The translations under genes were made by a program, and so were the position numbers. The notes under the pieces are model-generated. The model was not told where the DNA came from. It made no database searches and saw only the letters and a program-made list of their open reading frames with translations. From contig MU006091.1 in the NCBI GenBank assembly GCA_010093705.1, forward strand, positions 1,364,001 to 1,428,000: a stretch of 64,000 bases of DNA, written 5' to 3'. Positions 26,205 to 39,152 of this stretch are shown here, piece after piece (within the stretch, counting starts at the first letter, position 1; each line of letters starts with the position of its first letter). The stretch is from Patellaria atrata CBS 101060. Lineage: Eukaryota.

Positions 26205-28039
26205 ATGGGGAATAGTCCTTCCAGGAACAATACCTCCAACCCGCAGTCACCGTCTGCACAAGGCAATGCCTCCTATCCAAAGCAACCTCGTCGTAGAGAA
26301 AGCATTCAGGCGTTGTCTCTCACAAAGCCTACTGCTGCCCCTCCCTCAGCTTCGCTCACCACAGCTCACTCGACCGCCCCAATCCGTACACACTCCCGCA
26401 ATCGTTCCCAGACAATAGCAACAGCTCAACTCAAAGGACAGGACTCGACCGCGGTAGAGAAGATGGGGAACATAAACTCAATCAACAAAACTAGGTCGAG
26501 GGACTCTAGTCCGACGAGAACTGTAGATACTTCACTCCCACCCAGAAGCAATGTGACCGTTCCTGTACCTGTGCCAGAGGCTCCGTTTGCAAGGGCACCC
26601 CATTCACCTATCCCAGAGGTGGAGACGGAATCCGCTCGTGACTCTTATAGTGCTGCTCCAGCGAGCTTCACACGACCTCCTCGTCTACCTCTTCCAATTG
26701 AAGAAGTCCCTCAAGCTCCAGGCTCTCCAATCCTCGGACCATCCGTGATGTCTAGCGACGCTACATCACCTATTGAAGTCATTGATAACGAAGAAGTCCT
26801 GCCACGCAGGTCATCGATGCTCAGTAGCACGACCATGGATGAAGATGAAGACGACGGACTCGGCAATCTTCATGCTCAAGAGGGTGTGGCCGTGCCAACA
26901 GTCCCAACGATCATTGAGTGGAGAGGTCCAGGAGAAAAAATTTATGTGACAGGTACATTTGCAAATTGGGATAAGAAATACAAACTATACAGAGAGTAAG
27001 TCATCCTAAGTTCTGTTGTTTTTGTTTTCATCGGGTTCATTTCATCATATCGGCAATAATCGACCTGGGTGTCTCACGGCTTCGTGCGTCCGGGACGAGA
27101 CAGGATCGGCTATGGAAGCTTACTGCCGACTGTGAAACATCCCTGAACCGTCATTAATCAACGGTACCGAATATATTCAGCCCTATCTGGTATCATGCAT
27201 GCGATACCTATGCTAACATTAGCTATTATAGTGGCCCGAGCCGCCATCCCGGCGCCCTCTCCGCCCTTATTAACCTTATGCCTGGCACCCATCACATTAA
27301 ATTTATCGTTGACGGCGATATGCGTCTCTCGGACCAACTCCCCACCGCCGTTGATTTTACTAATATCCTCGTCAACTATATCGAAGTTGCGCCTGAGGAT
27401 ATATCTGCGGCAAGTTCTGATACAACCACGAAGCCTGAAACTAAGCAATCGGATATTCCGGCCGTTCAGGACACTACCGTTCCTCAACCTATACTGGAGG
27501 CCCGTCCCGCGACAGCTGCTACTACTCCAAAGCCGGCTCCCACGCTGCAGCCACCCAGACCCACGATGGCTGATCCCACACCCATACAGCGAGGACCTCC
27601 TAAGCAGTACCACAACGTGATCCCGCGCTTCCTCAAGGACCTAGAGGGACCAGAGGATAACCCCCGTACAGCTCGAGCTACTGCAGCTGCAAATTCGATG
27701 CCTACACCCCCCTCGCTCCCCATGTTCTTGGGAAAGAGCATTCTGAATACGGCTACCCCAACCAAGGACGATTCGAGCGTTCTGGTGATCCCTAACCATA
27801 CGGTCCTCAACCATCTGGCTACCAGCAGTATCAAGAACAACATTCTGGCTACTAGTGCCACTACACGCTATAAGCGCAAGGTACGTATTCTTCTTTAGCA
27901 GTACAATTGAGGGTTATTTGTGCAGTATAGCTAATCATTCTTTGTACAGTTCCTTACGACGATCCTGTACAAGCCAAAGAGCTTGAAAAAGGAGGAGGAA
28001 GAGGCTGCTGCAGCAGCAGAGAGGGTTAGGGCTGGGTAA
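26205..28039 (+). CDS. GAL83: SNF1/AMPK complex beta subunit
   Basis: Myristoylatable MGNSPS, glycogen-binding domain (IEWRGPGEKIYVTGTFANW...PGTHHIKFIVDG) and ASC domain (PNHTVLNHLATSSIK...TRYKRK|FLTTILYKP). Introns 26996-27231 and 27881-27949. Confidence 0.92.
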
Positions 28040-29224
28040 GGGGGCGTTGTGCGGTGGGTCGGATATATGGGGCTAGGCGTTTGGGAAATCCCTGGCTGAT
28101 TTGTACAGTAAAATGATATCATGGGATTGACGAGAAAATGATAATACGATCTGCTCCTATCTTATTGCCTATTTTACTTTGCGATTGGAGTATTACGTCG
28201 GTATTAAGGTTTTATTATACCTTCAATGGGGTAAGGTGACAAATATCCCCTTCTCAGATCATACTCCGTTATATTACTCCTCCTTGTAGCAAATTACCCA
28301 TCCCCAGCTATTATACATTTACTATACACCGCGCGGCACACGACTGTATCCCCCTCCCTCTCAGATCCCGCTCTACCATATTCCTCCGCTGGGACCCCTA
28401 TCCGCCTTCTCCGCCCGTCTATTTTGAACTATAACTAACAGCGGCCGTACCTCCATCTTTCTCATTTCTACTAGTCATTAGACTAGGGAGTCGCAGCTAC
28501 AGCTCTCCGTTCCCTCACCGTATAACAACCTTCCGGCCCCTATATCAAAAATAACCCGCTCCTACTACTATTATATTGCGATTAGAGCACTGTTAGGCTG
28601 AGCAGACCAGACTTCCTCAGGGCATCCTTACAAATGACACTCTCGGCCACACTGGAGAGAACAAAGGCAATTGGAACGCCCTTATATCAGCACATCCCTG
28701 CAGATATGAGACCTTACTAATATAATCAGCCAAATTTAGCAAGAAGCTATGAGCTTACTATCGGCGTGGAGCACGTGGTTTCAGGGATTATCGGCCTCAG
28801 CCCTAATTTATCTTCCCTGCTGTAGTTGATACTCGTCAGTTCCTATAGACTTACCGAAGTATCTGAACGTCTCTTGGGGAGTGTTCAGTGGGAAGTACGA
28901 ACAGACTTTTACGGCTTGAAAAATAAAGTCGTTCGTGCTGTTGAGAGGGCCCCTATATCCACCACTTTCCTATATAATATAAGTGATAGGATGATCTGCT
29001 GCTTCAGTTAGGTGGAGTGCTCGTCCATTTTAGCGATGTCTCAAGTTATTTATTTATGTCCAGAATCCATGGAGTTCGACCACAAGCATTATACTCTACA
29101 GTTGTCTAAGAATAGCAATACACCTGGGAGCTTGCGCCAAAGAAACCATTTCCCACCTCCTCAACGCATCACCTAACAATCCGTTCAAATTCAAGCACGT
29201 TCTAAAGCTCACTTCCAACTAAAC

Positions 29225-30410
29225 ATGTCCTCAGACCCTCCAAAACCCTACCTCGACCCCGTCAACCAAGCATTCATCGACTCCCTAGCAAACCTCCCCC
29301 CCTTCGAATTCCTCTCGGTCGAGGAATTCCGCGCCGCCTTCGAACAACTCCAAGCCCACGACCCCCTCCCAGGCGTAACAAGAACCAGCTTCACCGTCCC
29401 CTTCGAGAACGGCATCAAGACCTTCGTCTTCAAACCCACCGGCGCCACTGGAGCCCTACCGGTGATTTTCTACATCCACGGCGGGGGCTGGATTGCCGGG
29501 TCGTGCGTAACGCCCCCTTTCCATATCCAGATGTACAAGAAGGGATGGATTGATGCTGATACCCTACGCAGCGTAAACTCCTTCGACACCATATGCCGCG
29601 ACCTCGCCCTGCGGACTGGCTGCGCAGTCGTGTTTCCTGAATACACCCTCGCGCCCGAGGCGCGGTATACGACGAAGCAGGAAGAATGCTACGCGGTGGT
29701 GAAATGGGTGCGTTCGAACGGACACCGCAAATCCCTAAGCCGGGACGCGTTCGCAGTGGCGGCGGATACAGCCGGTGGTGCGCATCCTCCCTAACACCAC
29801 CAGCCCAACTCTCGACCGCCGTCACGATCCTCCCCAGCATCCGGACGCCCCCGATCCCCCTGCGCCTACACGTCCTCCTGAACTCCCTCACTGACACCTA
29901 ATCACCGACGCCCCGACCCTCTCCGAATTCCAATTCTTCTCCGGCCCGCTTAACTCCACGCCGCTAATCACCAACTCCCTGGCCGCCTACGCTCCGGAAC
30001 CGCTCTCCGAGCTCGGATCTCCGAAACGCATATCCGCCGCGCACGCGGCGCTGCAGCCGCCGACGCTGGTGGTGGTGAGCGCGGCCGACCTGTGACGCGA
30101 CGAGGGCGTGCAGTTTGCGGCTGTGCTGCAGAAAGCCGGGGTGCCGTGTGCGGTTGTGAGGGCTGAGGGTGTCGTGCATGATGCGTTTGTTTTGGCGGCG
30201 GTGAGGGGGCCGGAGACTGTAAGGGTGTTAATGGGTTTGGTTGTTGGGAGGATTAGGGAGGCGCTGGAGGTGAGAGATGGTGAGGGGGGGGAGTGGAGAC
30301 AGGGGGCCAAGAGACGGAAGGTGAGGGTTAAGGGGAAGAAGGGGGTGGGAGATGGTGAGGGGGAAGAGGTGGGACTGGGGGCTAAGAAGCGGAAATTGAG
30401 AGTCCGTTGA
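29225..30410 (+). pseudogene. Disrupted HSL-family alpha/beta hydrolase
   Basis: HGGGW and EYTLAPEARY are present. The elbow reads AADTAGG (no Ser), there is a TAA/frameshift at about 29899, an in-frame TGA at 30093-30095 inside DL*RDEG, and a second intron of only about 26 nt. Confidence 0.8.
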
Positions 30411-30501
30411 GTGAGGTGTGGTGGGTTGAGGATGGGTTTGGGTAGTCGGGACGGGTTTGGAAGGGCTCGTAATATGATCATATGGAACGAAAGTAAGATT
30501 T

Positions 30502-33162
30502 TCAGTTGACTTCTGATCGTTGTGTTGTCCCACTGTAGTCTAGTTGTTGGCTATCCCTAGTGTATTCCGGTTGCTGCGTGTCTCCAGTATACATATTCTC
30601 AGTATAGTTCATGTAAGCCATCGGGTCGGGACCACTAGACCGATCTACTGGATAGTAGGATCCATCGCCTTCAACTTTGTAACTTTCTGTTACGTTGTAA
30701 CCCGGCCGTAGAAGAGGAGATTGAAGTGATAATCTGACTTTGCCCATTTTCATCATGCTGTTCAGGACATCCGATTCTAAGCGTATTACCGTTTCTCGAT
30801 GAAGAACCCCTGTCCCAGCTTCATAAGAACAGAGTAAAGCACGCTGCATGCCGCCTTCTTGCCCACAACACAGAACAGCGACAGGAGGTTGGAGCGCAAC
30901 GTAAAGAATGACAGTCATGGTGCAGGTATCAACGAGCGTGAAGACCTTCGGCTCGTTGATTTTGCTGTCTTTGTATCGTTGTACAACATCGGCAATTCTA
31001 GGGTCGCCAGTCGGGTCTAATCCAACACACTGTTCATATTCATCCTGAAAATGTTTTGAAAGCCTGCTACCGTTTGGCGACCATTTCAGTCTATTGTTTG
31101 AGGAACCAAAAATCAGTCTTTCGATCTCATCAATAGGCATGTATCCTTCGAATCCGAACATATATGGCTGGGCCTTTGTCTTCTCTGGGATTGGTGCATA
31201 AATCCATCTGATAAGAAAAGGGGCAAAAGCAATTAATGTTCCAGCGATACTAAGGAGGGCATAGCCCGCAGTAGATACGGATTTGGAGACGAGTAGTGCT
31301 CCTGCTACCGCTAGCAATGGACTTCCCCTAAGAATCGTCCTATATATGAAAGCAATGGGGCTATCTTTAGAACGATAATCAACACGCTCAAATGAGTTCC
31401 AACGGATTGAAGCCCCAAAAGCGCCATCAACAATGAGAGTGTCATTAGTGTCTACTCCAGACACTTGACATGATGGATATATTTCCCAGAGGTTTACGCC
31501 CCATGCATCATCAACTGCTGCCCAATGGCCGCGCGTACTGAGCAGTTTGCAGATGAGACGTTCAAGTAACCGATCACTATCGTTTGCCAGAATAACTCGG
31601 GACAAGGCCTGAAATCTTGAGTCAGTCGGATCAACCCTTGGACGATAGGGTAGTAAGCCCATTAGCACATAATATAGATCACCTGCATAGAACTCCGATG
31701 TCTGTCCACCAAGAAAGAAACGGAGTAGCTGCACGATTAGTTGTAGGCGGGTCAGATTGACGTGACCATCAAAGTGATCAAGAAGCTGTATCGCCGTAGG
31801 ACCTTCATCGCCGTATGCTAAGTTGGCAAATTGGCGTTTGGATAAATCCAGGTGATCTTCAGGTTCGTCGCCGCGCACGTATACTTTGATATTGGTTCGG
31901 GAAGGGGAATTCAGCAAATCCGGTCTAGTCCATAATCCCGATCCAAATTCCTGGAGTAATTTGTTTCTATCCGACACGAACTCCTTGTTTGAGTTTTTCG
32001 ACGGATTGAGGGCAACAATCATCAGGCTGGAGTTTCGTGCCACACTATCGATCCGGTAGACTTCTTCTGTTTGAAGATCCGGATCTGGCATACAGCTACA
32101 GGCTACCCAGTAAGCCATTAGACCAGCATCTCTAGCTGCTCTTTCTGCCAGTAAATGAAGTGCATGCAGATCTTCGTTAGAATCATTTCGAAATTGTCTA
32201 CTTCTATAACCAATATAAGCATATGATATGCGCCTCTGACCGGTCTCCAATACGTATTGACTGGTTTTCTGGACAGTAACACCTCGCATGCTCTTCTCTT
32301 GTGGTTCTCGTAGGAAGCATAGATAGTTTGGTAATGAACTGCGGTCATATTGACCGCTAGCCGAAGTCCACAGGATATCATGGCTCTGGGATATCGGCTT
32401 ATGATCCGACACATTTCTTGCTGACTTAGGGTAACCTCGAAACCGATATGGAACAGGTTCAAACATCCCACCATTCTTCTCATCACCATATATAGAGATA
32501 GGCCAAAACATCTAGTCATTGCTTGTTAGCAAACACGTCCTGTTGAATGACACATGGAGAACTAATCGCTCGTAAACGCGTGTCTGGTGACCACATCCAC
32601 ATTGAGCATTGCTTACCATGAGACTAAGAACGAAACTGGATATCAACGACATGATAATAGAGGTGATGAAGCGAAACGGCCGGCGCAGACGCAGAGACGA
32701 TAAAGGCCAGCGAGCTACCCGAATGATTGGTGAATCTACTCTCCTGATACCTTGGCGTTTCCAAAGTCCACCGCCGGAGAAGAGAGTATCATCTGTAGTT
32801 TGTACAACCAACGATCGTGGACTCCCTCGATAATGTGGAATATATTGAGAGGGATGAATCCATCCGTAGCCATTTTCAAATAGGTGATGATGGTAATATT
32901 CCGGGTGAACGGGGAGATACTTATATACCCAGAGAGAGAATCTCCTTTGCCATCCCTTAAATTCATTCAGTTCTTGCTGATAATGTCTATTAGTAACCAG
33001 TTGAATGCGTAGGTTTAAAGTGAAATACAGGAAAGTTGAAGTCTGGCGTGGGAGATTGCTGATGATTTTCCAGAGATCGGTTTGATCCCTAAGTCGAGTG
33101 TTAACAGAATATCATAAGAGATCCGAACAGGATAATATTACTTCAATATTTTGATGATCCAT
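30502..33162 (-). CDS. Membrane-anchored protein with a degenerate HET (TIR-like) domain; function unknown
   Basis: 669-aa last exon with AYWVACSCM, VYRIDSVAR, GLWTRPDLL and GDLYYVLMGLL, plus two hydrophobic helices. Three upstream exons splice in frame from the ATG at 33162. Confidence 0.7.
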
Positions 33163-33849
33163 TCGTTCCAATACCAATTGTATTCTTAGACCTTGCCGTA
33201 GGTAACTTGGTTCCCGCAAGGCTGTCTTCCAAAACCGGAAATGAAGCTTTCAGAACAACTCGTCTTCGACTTCATTATAGATGGTAAATCATAACTAAAG
33301 CAATAATAGTCTTATGACAAGTGCAGCACACGGTTGAATCGCAGGTCACACTTCGAAATGATATCCAGCTTCATGTTGACCCTTACGTTTCGAACTTTTC
33401 AGCTGAAGCGCCATTCACGTGTGGTGAGGGTCGGGAGTCCTTCAGGGGGGTTATAGCACCTCCCTATTAAGCCACTATACAGGGTACTCCGCCAATTAGA
33501 TCATTGCTGTATCTGGGGTCTGCTTGGTGGATCTGTAGGACTTGTACCTATTATGACGATACAGCCGTGCCAGCAAACATCATCTTCATTCTAATGATCT
33601 TTTGACGTGAGAACGCGGCGCAACGAATCCATCGCGATTGGGAAACCAAATTCTTCAATTCCCGTCTGAACTTTTTGGCAATTGTGGCGTCGCAGCGTCG
33701 CCAGAAGAGGCTAAGGAGCATAGTTCCAGCCGAATGATTGAAACTGCGGATACAGCCTCGTGGTGTTCAAGACGAAAGTCTATCGTAGAATATGAAGTCT
33801 GGCATCTTTCAGGTTTTCGAAATAGAGAGAACAGTTTCCAATATCCGAT

Positions 33850-36292
33850 ATGGACGAAAATGAGATTCCAAATGGGCTCACACCAGAAGAATTCGAGGCC
33901 CACGCGAGCGCGTTGGTTCAACGGATGCAACTCGCTGCAACCGCACAACAGCCAGTTCCTGATGAAGAGTTCGATCGGATAACTGCGTTACTATCCATGG
34001 TGGGCAAAACTTCGTGGAGCGAGCGGCCAAGAACATATGTTGTATTGAGAATCATTAACAGAGTTGACGCGATGGACTCGTTCGTGGTTGATGGTCTACG
34101 CGATATTCATTTTCCTTACACCGAACTTCGGCTCCCGTCAGGTCTCACCAACCTCGCGTCTCGATTGAAATTCATTGAAGTTCAAAATATCGTCTTGACG
34201 AAGGTAACAGATCTGGAGGTTGAAGGAGCCAGGCATAGACATTTCTGTAGGATATAGCCTTTCCTGCGTCATGGTTCTACTAATTTTGATTAGCTTCCAT
34301 TGCCGACAACCGCTTCCTCGTTATCAAGCAACTTGGTCAGGGAGGGTTTGGGTACGTTGATCATGTCCAAAGTAAAATCTCTCTTCAGGAATATGCTGTA
34401 AGTTTTCAATATTGCGTCTCGTCAATTTCCAATAATCTTTTGAGTTTCGTTGTTCCAAGCTCAGGGGACTCCTTTCCTCTAAATATGTTATCTCGTCACT
34501 TGTCGCTCCAAGTTGACTCATTCCTTTTAGAGAAAGCGTACTCTTCGCGGAAAGGCATTTAGAAAAGATACTGAAGCAATCAAGACTTTTGAGAATGACC
34601 TACAGAATTGCAAACGTCTTCAACACCACCATCTCGTCAAATACGTAGGGCAAGTATCGCCTCAACTGTCCAGTCCTAATGATCATTTTATCTAATTAGC
34701 TTATCATATAGTTCATATACCGATCCAAAGTATATCGGCCTTTTGATGAGCCCAGTTGCAGATTGTGATCTCAAAACCTTTTTGGACAGAGTACCGTTTC
34801 CGGAAAGCGATCTAATCGTCCTACGCTCATTCTTTGGATGTCTTGCAGCTTCAGTCCAGTATCTTCACGGCCAAAAATGTCGACACAAAGATATCAAACC
34901 AGCAAACATCCTCGTAAAAGGAACGAATGTGCTTTTGACAGACTTCGGTACCGCCCGAGACTGGAGCGACAAATCGCACGGCACGACCGTCGGGCCCAGT
35001 GGACCTTATACCGCCGGATACGTAGCCCCTGAGGTGGTTGATCAAGAACCGCGAAATGATTCTAGTGATATTTGGAGCTTGGGTTGCGTGTTTCTGGACA
35101 TAGTTGTATGTTAAAATATTGTCAGCTTCTACAAAGAAATCCACTAATTCTACAGACTGTTCTCAAAGGAGAAACTAGCGAATCGAGGAAAGCATATTTC
35201 AGTAGCCGATATTCTGGTGGGGTGAACCCGCGAACTAACCCGGAGGCAACAAAGGAATGGCTCGCAAGGCTTGAAGCTTCTTCCGCTGCCGATAACGAGC
35301 CGTTGGTATGGATCAAGGAGATGTTGCAACCAAGTCGCTTCAACCGAATATCTGCTTCCTCGCTATTCGATAAGATCGTAAACCATAACGAGCAACATCG
35401 ATACGTTGGCCCGTGCTGTACAGATGACGATGATAGTGATATTGCGTCGTACACGGGCTCAACATACCAAGAAAACATAACGAACCCTCTTCATCAGGAA
35501 GTCGCTGAAACTTCTGGAACCTTAGTAAATAAGAAAGACCCCGAAAATGAAAATATCAAACTCGAGGAATCCGAATATATACCAGAACCCAGACACTTCC
35601 TTGTTTCACCACTTGAGGATCATAATGGAGACATAACTCGCAAATCACCCAATTCATCACAGCTTCGGTGGACCCTTGACGCGTCAGAGGAAAGAAGAGC
35701 GAATACAACAAACAAGTTCGAGCCTCCAAACCCTCCCTCTAAGCCCGCAGAGAGACAATTCGAGTCCCAAAAACCATTCGACAGAAGTCGAGGCGGATCG
35801 AACTATACCCGGAGCGGTCTACCCCCCATAAACTCACTAACCACAGCAGATAATCAATTGAGCCCAATACCAGCAGACCCTCACCACACAAACCCCCTTC
35901 CCAACGATCCTACCTATCTAGAGGCGGTCGGGTCATCTTCCAAACCGCCTCTGCATCCACGCAAAGAGAACGAGCCCAGGCCAGCCGAAGCAATCATAAG
36001 AGCGGATCCCCCGAGCACGGAAACATCCTGGTTCCGCCGCATGTTTCGCCGGAAATACAATCAAGCCCAACCGGATTCCGATCCTCCCACAAACGCAGCG
36101 ACTGCGGACTACGACACCACTGAACCCGCCTATGGTGGAATACGTGGTACGGCTGATTTTGTAAGATCGAGAGACGCGTCTCCGGCGCCGCCTCTTCGGA
36201 ATGCATATAGTGCGGCATCGTCGTATACGCAGCCGTTTGCGGCGAGACACGATGTCGATACCACGTTGGGGATATCTGATTTTCATGCTTAG
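33850..36292 (+). CDS. Fungal-specific Ser/Thr protein kinase with an N-terminal extension and a low-complexity tail
   Basis: Spliced LGQGGFGYV, YA|RK, HHHLVKYVG|SY, HKDIKPANILV, DFG, YVAPE and SDIWSLGCVF. Four introns, one of them GC-AG. Confidence 0.85.
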
Positions 36293-36830
36293 TAGTGTAT
36301 AGTCCGATGGGGTCGGAGATATCTTAAATAGACGTACTGGGGAGTGAGCATGGATTTGATGGGGAAGGGGTATAGAAGGAAATTCTGGAGTGTAGGAGGA
36401 TCGTCGTTTACGTGGGCCGCCCTGTATATCGCCGTACTTGATGCTGGTCTGTACATGCGAGATATACACAAGGGCAGAGGTCTTAGTCTGCCACATCCAC
36501 CAGCTTTCGCTGTCTGTGAAGTCACGGCCTACGTACGGTTCGCCATCATTCGTACAGGGCTGAGTTCTTGTACAAGAGAAATTTGAGGGCCAGCTTAAGA
36601 GCGCGTATGCAACCAGGGAAGAATGATACCAGAAGAATGAGATTATGTTCTTTTGAATCGAAGATGTACATAACTTAACCGGGATGGGATATGCTGTATA
36701 ATACAGATATAACATACAAGTTGAACTATTGGACCATAAATCTACCCCCCATAGACCCCAGATCAAACGCCAACGCAATGCTTCCAAACCCTTTAACGCA
36801 TAAACCCAATCAATACCCTTACGCCCGACC

Positions 36831-38905
36831 TCAAACAACCTCCAACCCCTCCCTCTTCCCAATCCCTGCCTCCGCCCAAACTTCCGCCTTCTTCTTCGCC
36901 TTCCCCTCTCCCTTCGCATACGCCAGTAATCTCAACGTTCCATGAGGTGTTATTCCCTCGATCCGCCGTGCCTGTCCCACACTCTCCGGCCTTGCGACCT
37001 TCAACAACTGCTTCTCCTCCGCGGACAACCCATGCACCTTCTCGAAATCTAGATCCAGTGGCAACCTGAGCGACTCGTCTTTGAGAAAGGCACGCTGAGA
37101 GGCTTTCTGCGCCTCGACATAAGGGGCGTACACGGCTTCGATGTGCACCCTATTAAGGATACAGGGGTTATAGTTACTGATAGAAGGGAGAAGCGGTAGG
37201 AGAGAAGCGGGTGTCGTGCCAGTGAGGCGCAAAATATCGAACGCAGAGCGGCGACTCGTATCGTGCCGGACGCGGAACCCCCAGGTATTCCAATCACCGG
37301 AGTTCTGTTTGAAATCCTTAAGGACGGCGGTCAGTTCCTCGATCGCGTTCCTCTCCGCCTCAAACCGCGACCACCGCTCATCGCCCACAACGCCCGCGGC
37401 TCGTCCCAGACCGGTGAGGCGCAAATCGGCGTTGTCGGCGCGCGCGGACATGCGGTACTCGCTGCGAGCGGTGAACATGCGGTAAGGTTCGCTGACGCCC
37501 TTCGTGATGAGGTCGTCGATCAGGATGCCGAGGTAGCCGTCCGCGCGTGACAATGTCATCGACGGCTTGTTCTGCGCTGATAACCCCGCGTTGATACCTG
37601 CGATGATACCCTGGGCGGCAGCTTCTTCGTAGCCCGTTGTGCCGTTGATCTGGCCCGCGAGAAAGAGGCCTTTGATTGGTTTGGTTTCGAGAGTCGAGCG
37701 TAAACTGCGTGGGTCCACGTAGTCGTATTCGACGCCATAGCCGGGCTGGAGCATCTTTACGTTTTCGAGGCCGCAGATCGTCTTGAGCATCGCTTCTTGC
37801 GCCGCGGCGGGGACGGTCATGGAGATGCCGTTTGGGTAGATGACGTCGGTGTCGAAACCCTCCGGCTCGAGCCAGATGATGTGCGCAGTTTTGTCGGTGA
37901 AGCGGATGATTTTGGATTCTAGTGAGGGACAGTAACGGGGCCCTTTTACGGTTTCGCGGATGTGGATGCTGTTGGAGAGGTTTGCGCGGATGATTTCGTG
38001 GGTTGAGGGGTTGGTATAGGTCGCGTAGCATAATAATTGATCCTTGACGGAGACAGTCTCGTTGAGATAGCTAAAAGGCATTGGAGGATCGTCGCCAGGT
38101 TGTTGCTCGAGGGCAGAGAAATCAATCGTTTTACGATCCAGACGGGGTGGTGTCCCAGTCTTCAGTCTTCCAAGTTGAAAGCCTGCCTCACGGAGTGATT
38201 TGCTCAGTCCAAAGGTTGCTGCTTCACCCATACGGCCAGAGGGGTATGCTTCTAAACCAATATGGATTTCCCCCCCTAAAAAGGTGCCTGTGGTGATAAC
38301 CACATTCTTTGTGGGGATGATAATTCCACTCTCCAGCCTCACACCAGTAATATGGCCCTGCCGTCCCTCCTCTTGTAGTCCATCCTTATGAACCACAACA
38401 TCCGCCACACTTCCCTCCACAATTTCCAAATTCTTATACCCTACCATCTCTTCCCGCATATACTGCTTGTATAGCTTCCGATCGATCTGCGCTCTGGGTC
38501 CCCACACAGCTGGTCCCTTTTTCCTGTTCAAGACCCGAAACTGTACGCCCGCCTTATCGACAATACGTCCAACCACACCGTCTAAAGCATCGATCTCGCG
38601 AAGCATCGTCCCCTTTCCAATGCCTCCGAAACTTGGGTTACATGAACATACCCCTAAATTGTCGAGTTTAGGGGTTACGAGTGCAGTACGAGCACCAGAT
38701 CGAGCTGCGGCGGCGCTCGCTTCGGTGCCCGCATGGCCACCTCCAATAACGACGACATCGTAGGCTCTATATGTATGTTAGAAGGGGTCATTGATAATAG
38801 TATGGGGGGTTTCCCGTACTTGATGTCGCTATTGACAGTGGCAAATGCTCGTGTACATCGAACCAGGGGTCTTACACGGGGAACATGACCCCAAACAAAC
38901 CGCAT
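36831..38905 (-). CDS. MTO1: Mitochondrial tRNA U34 modification enzyme Mto1 (MnmG/GidA)
   Basis: [48 protein letters not shown] and [17 protein letters not shown]. Arg-rich presequence exon. Confidence 0.95.
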
Positions 38906-39152
38906 CCTCGATGGAACGATTATATTCATGGTTTCTAACACAACGTCAGAATATCTGACATGCCAAAAAAAATCGTAAACCCTTAATGCGCCTGGACTAT
39001 ATCAGCTGGCTCTACTCCGGTCAACCCCCAGCTACGAAATCTTGGCAGACCCCTATCGAAAACGCGACCACCACGTCCCTGCCAAATCTCATACTCCACC
39101 CCAAACTTCCATCAATCACCGAAACCCAATTCCCCCAATCGCCCAATTCACA

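Noticed and set aside
35933..36919. 328-aa minus-strand ORF and similar long antisense ORFs (9321-9923, 16122-16742, 60053-60631, 62826-63584)
   Set aside because: Shadow frames overlapping real genes, with low-complexity translation and no family motifs.
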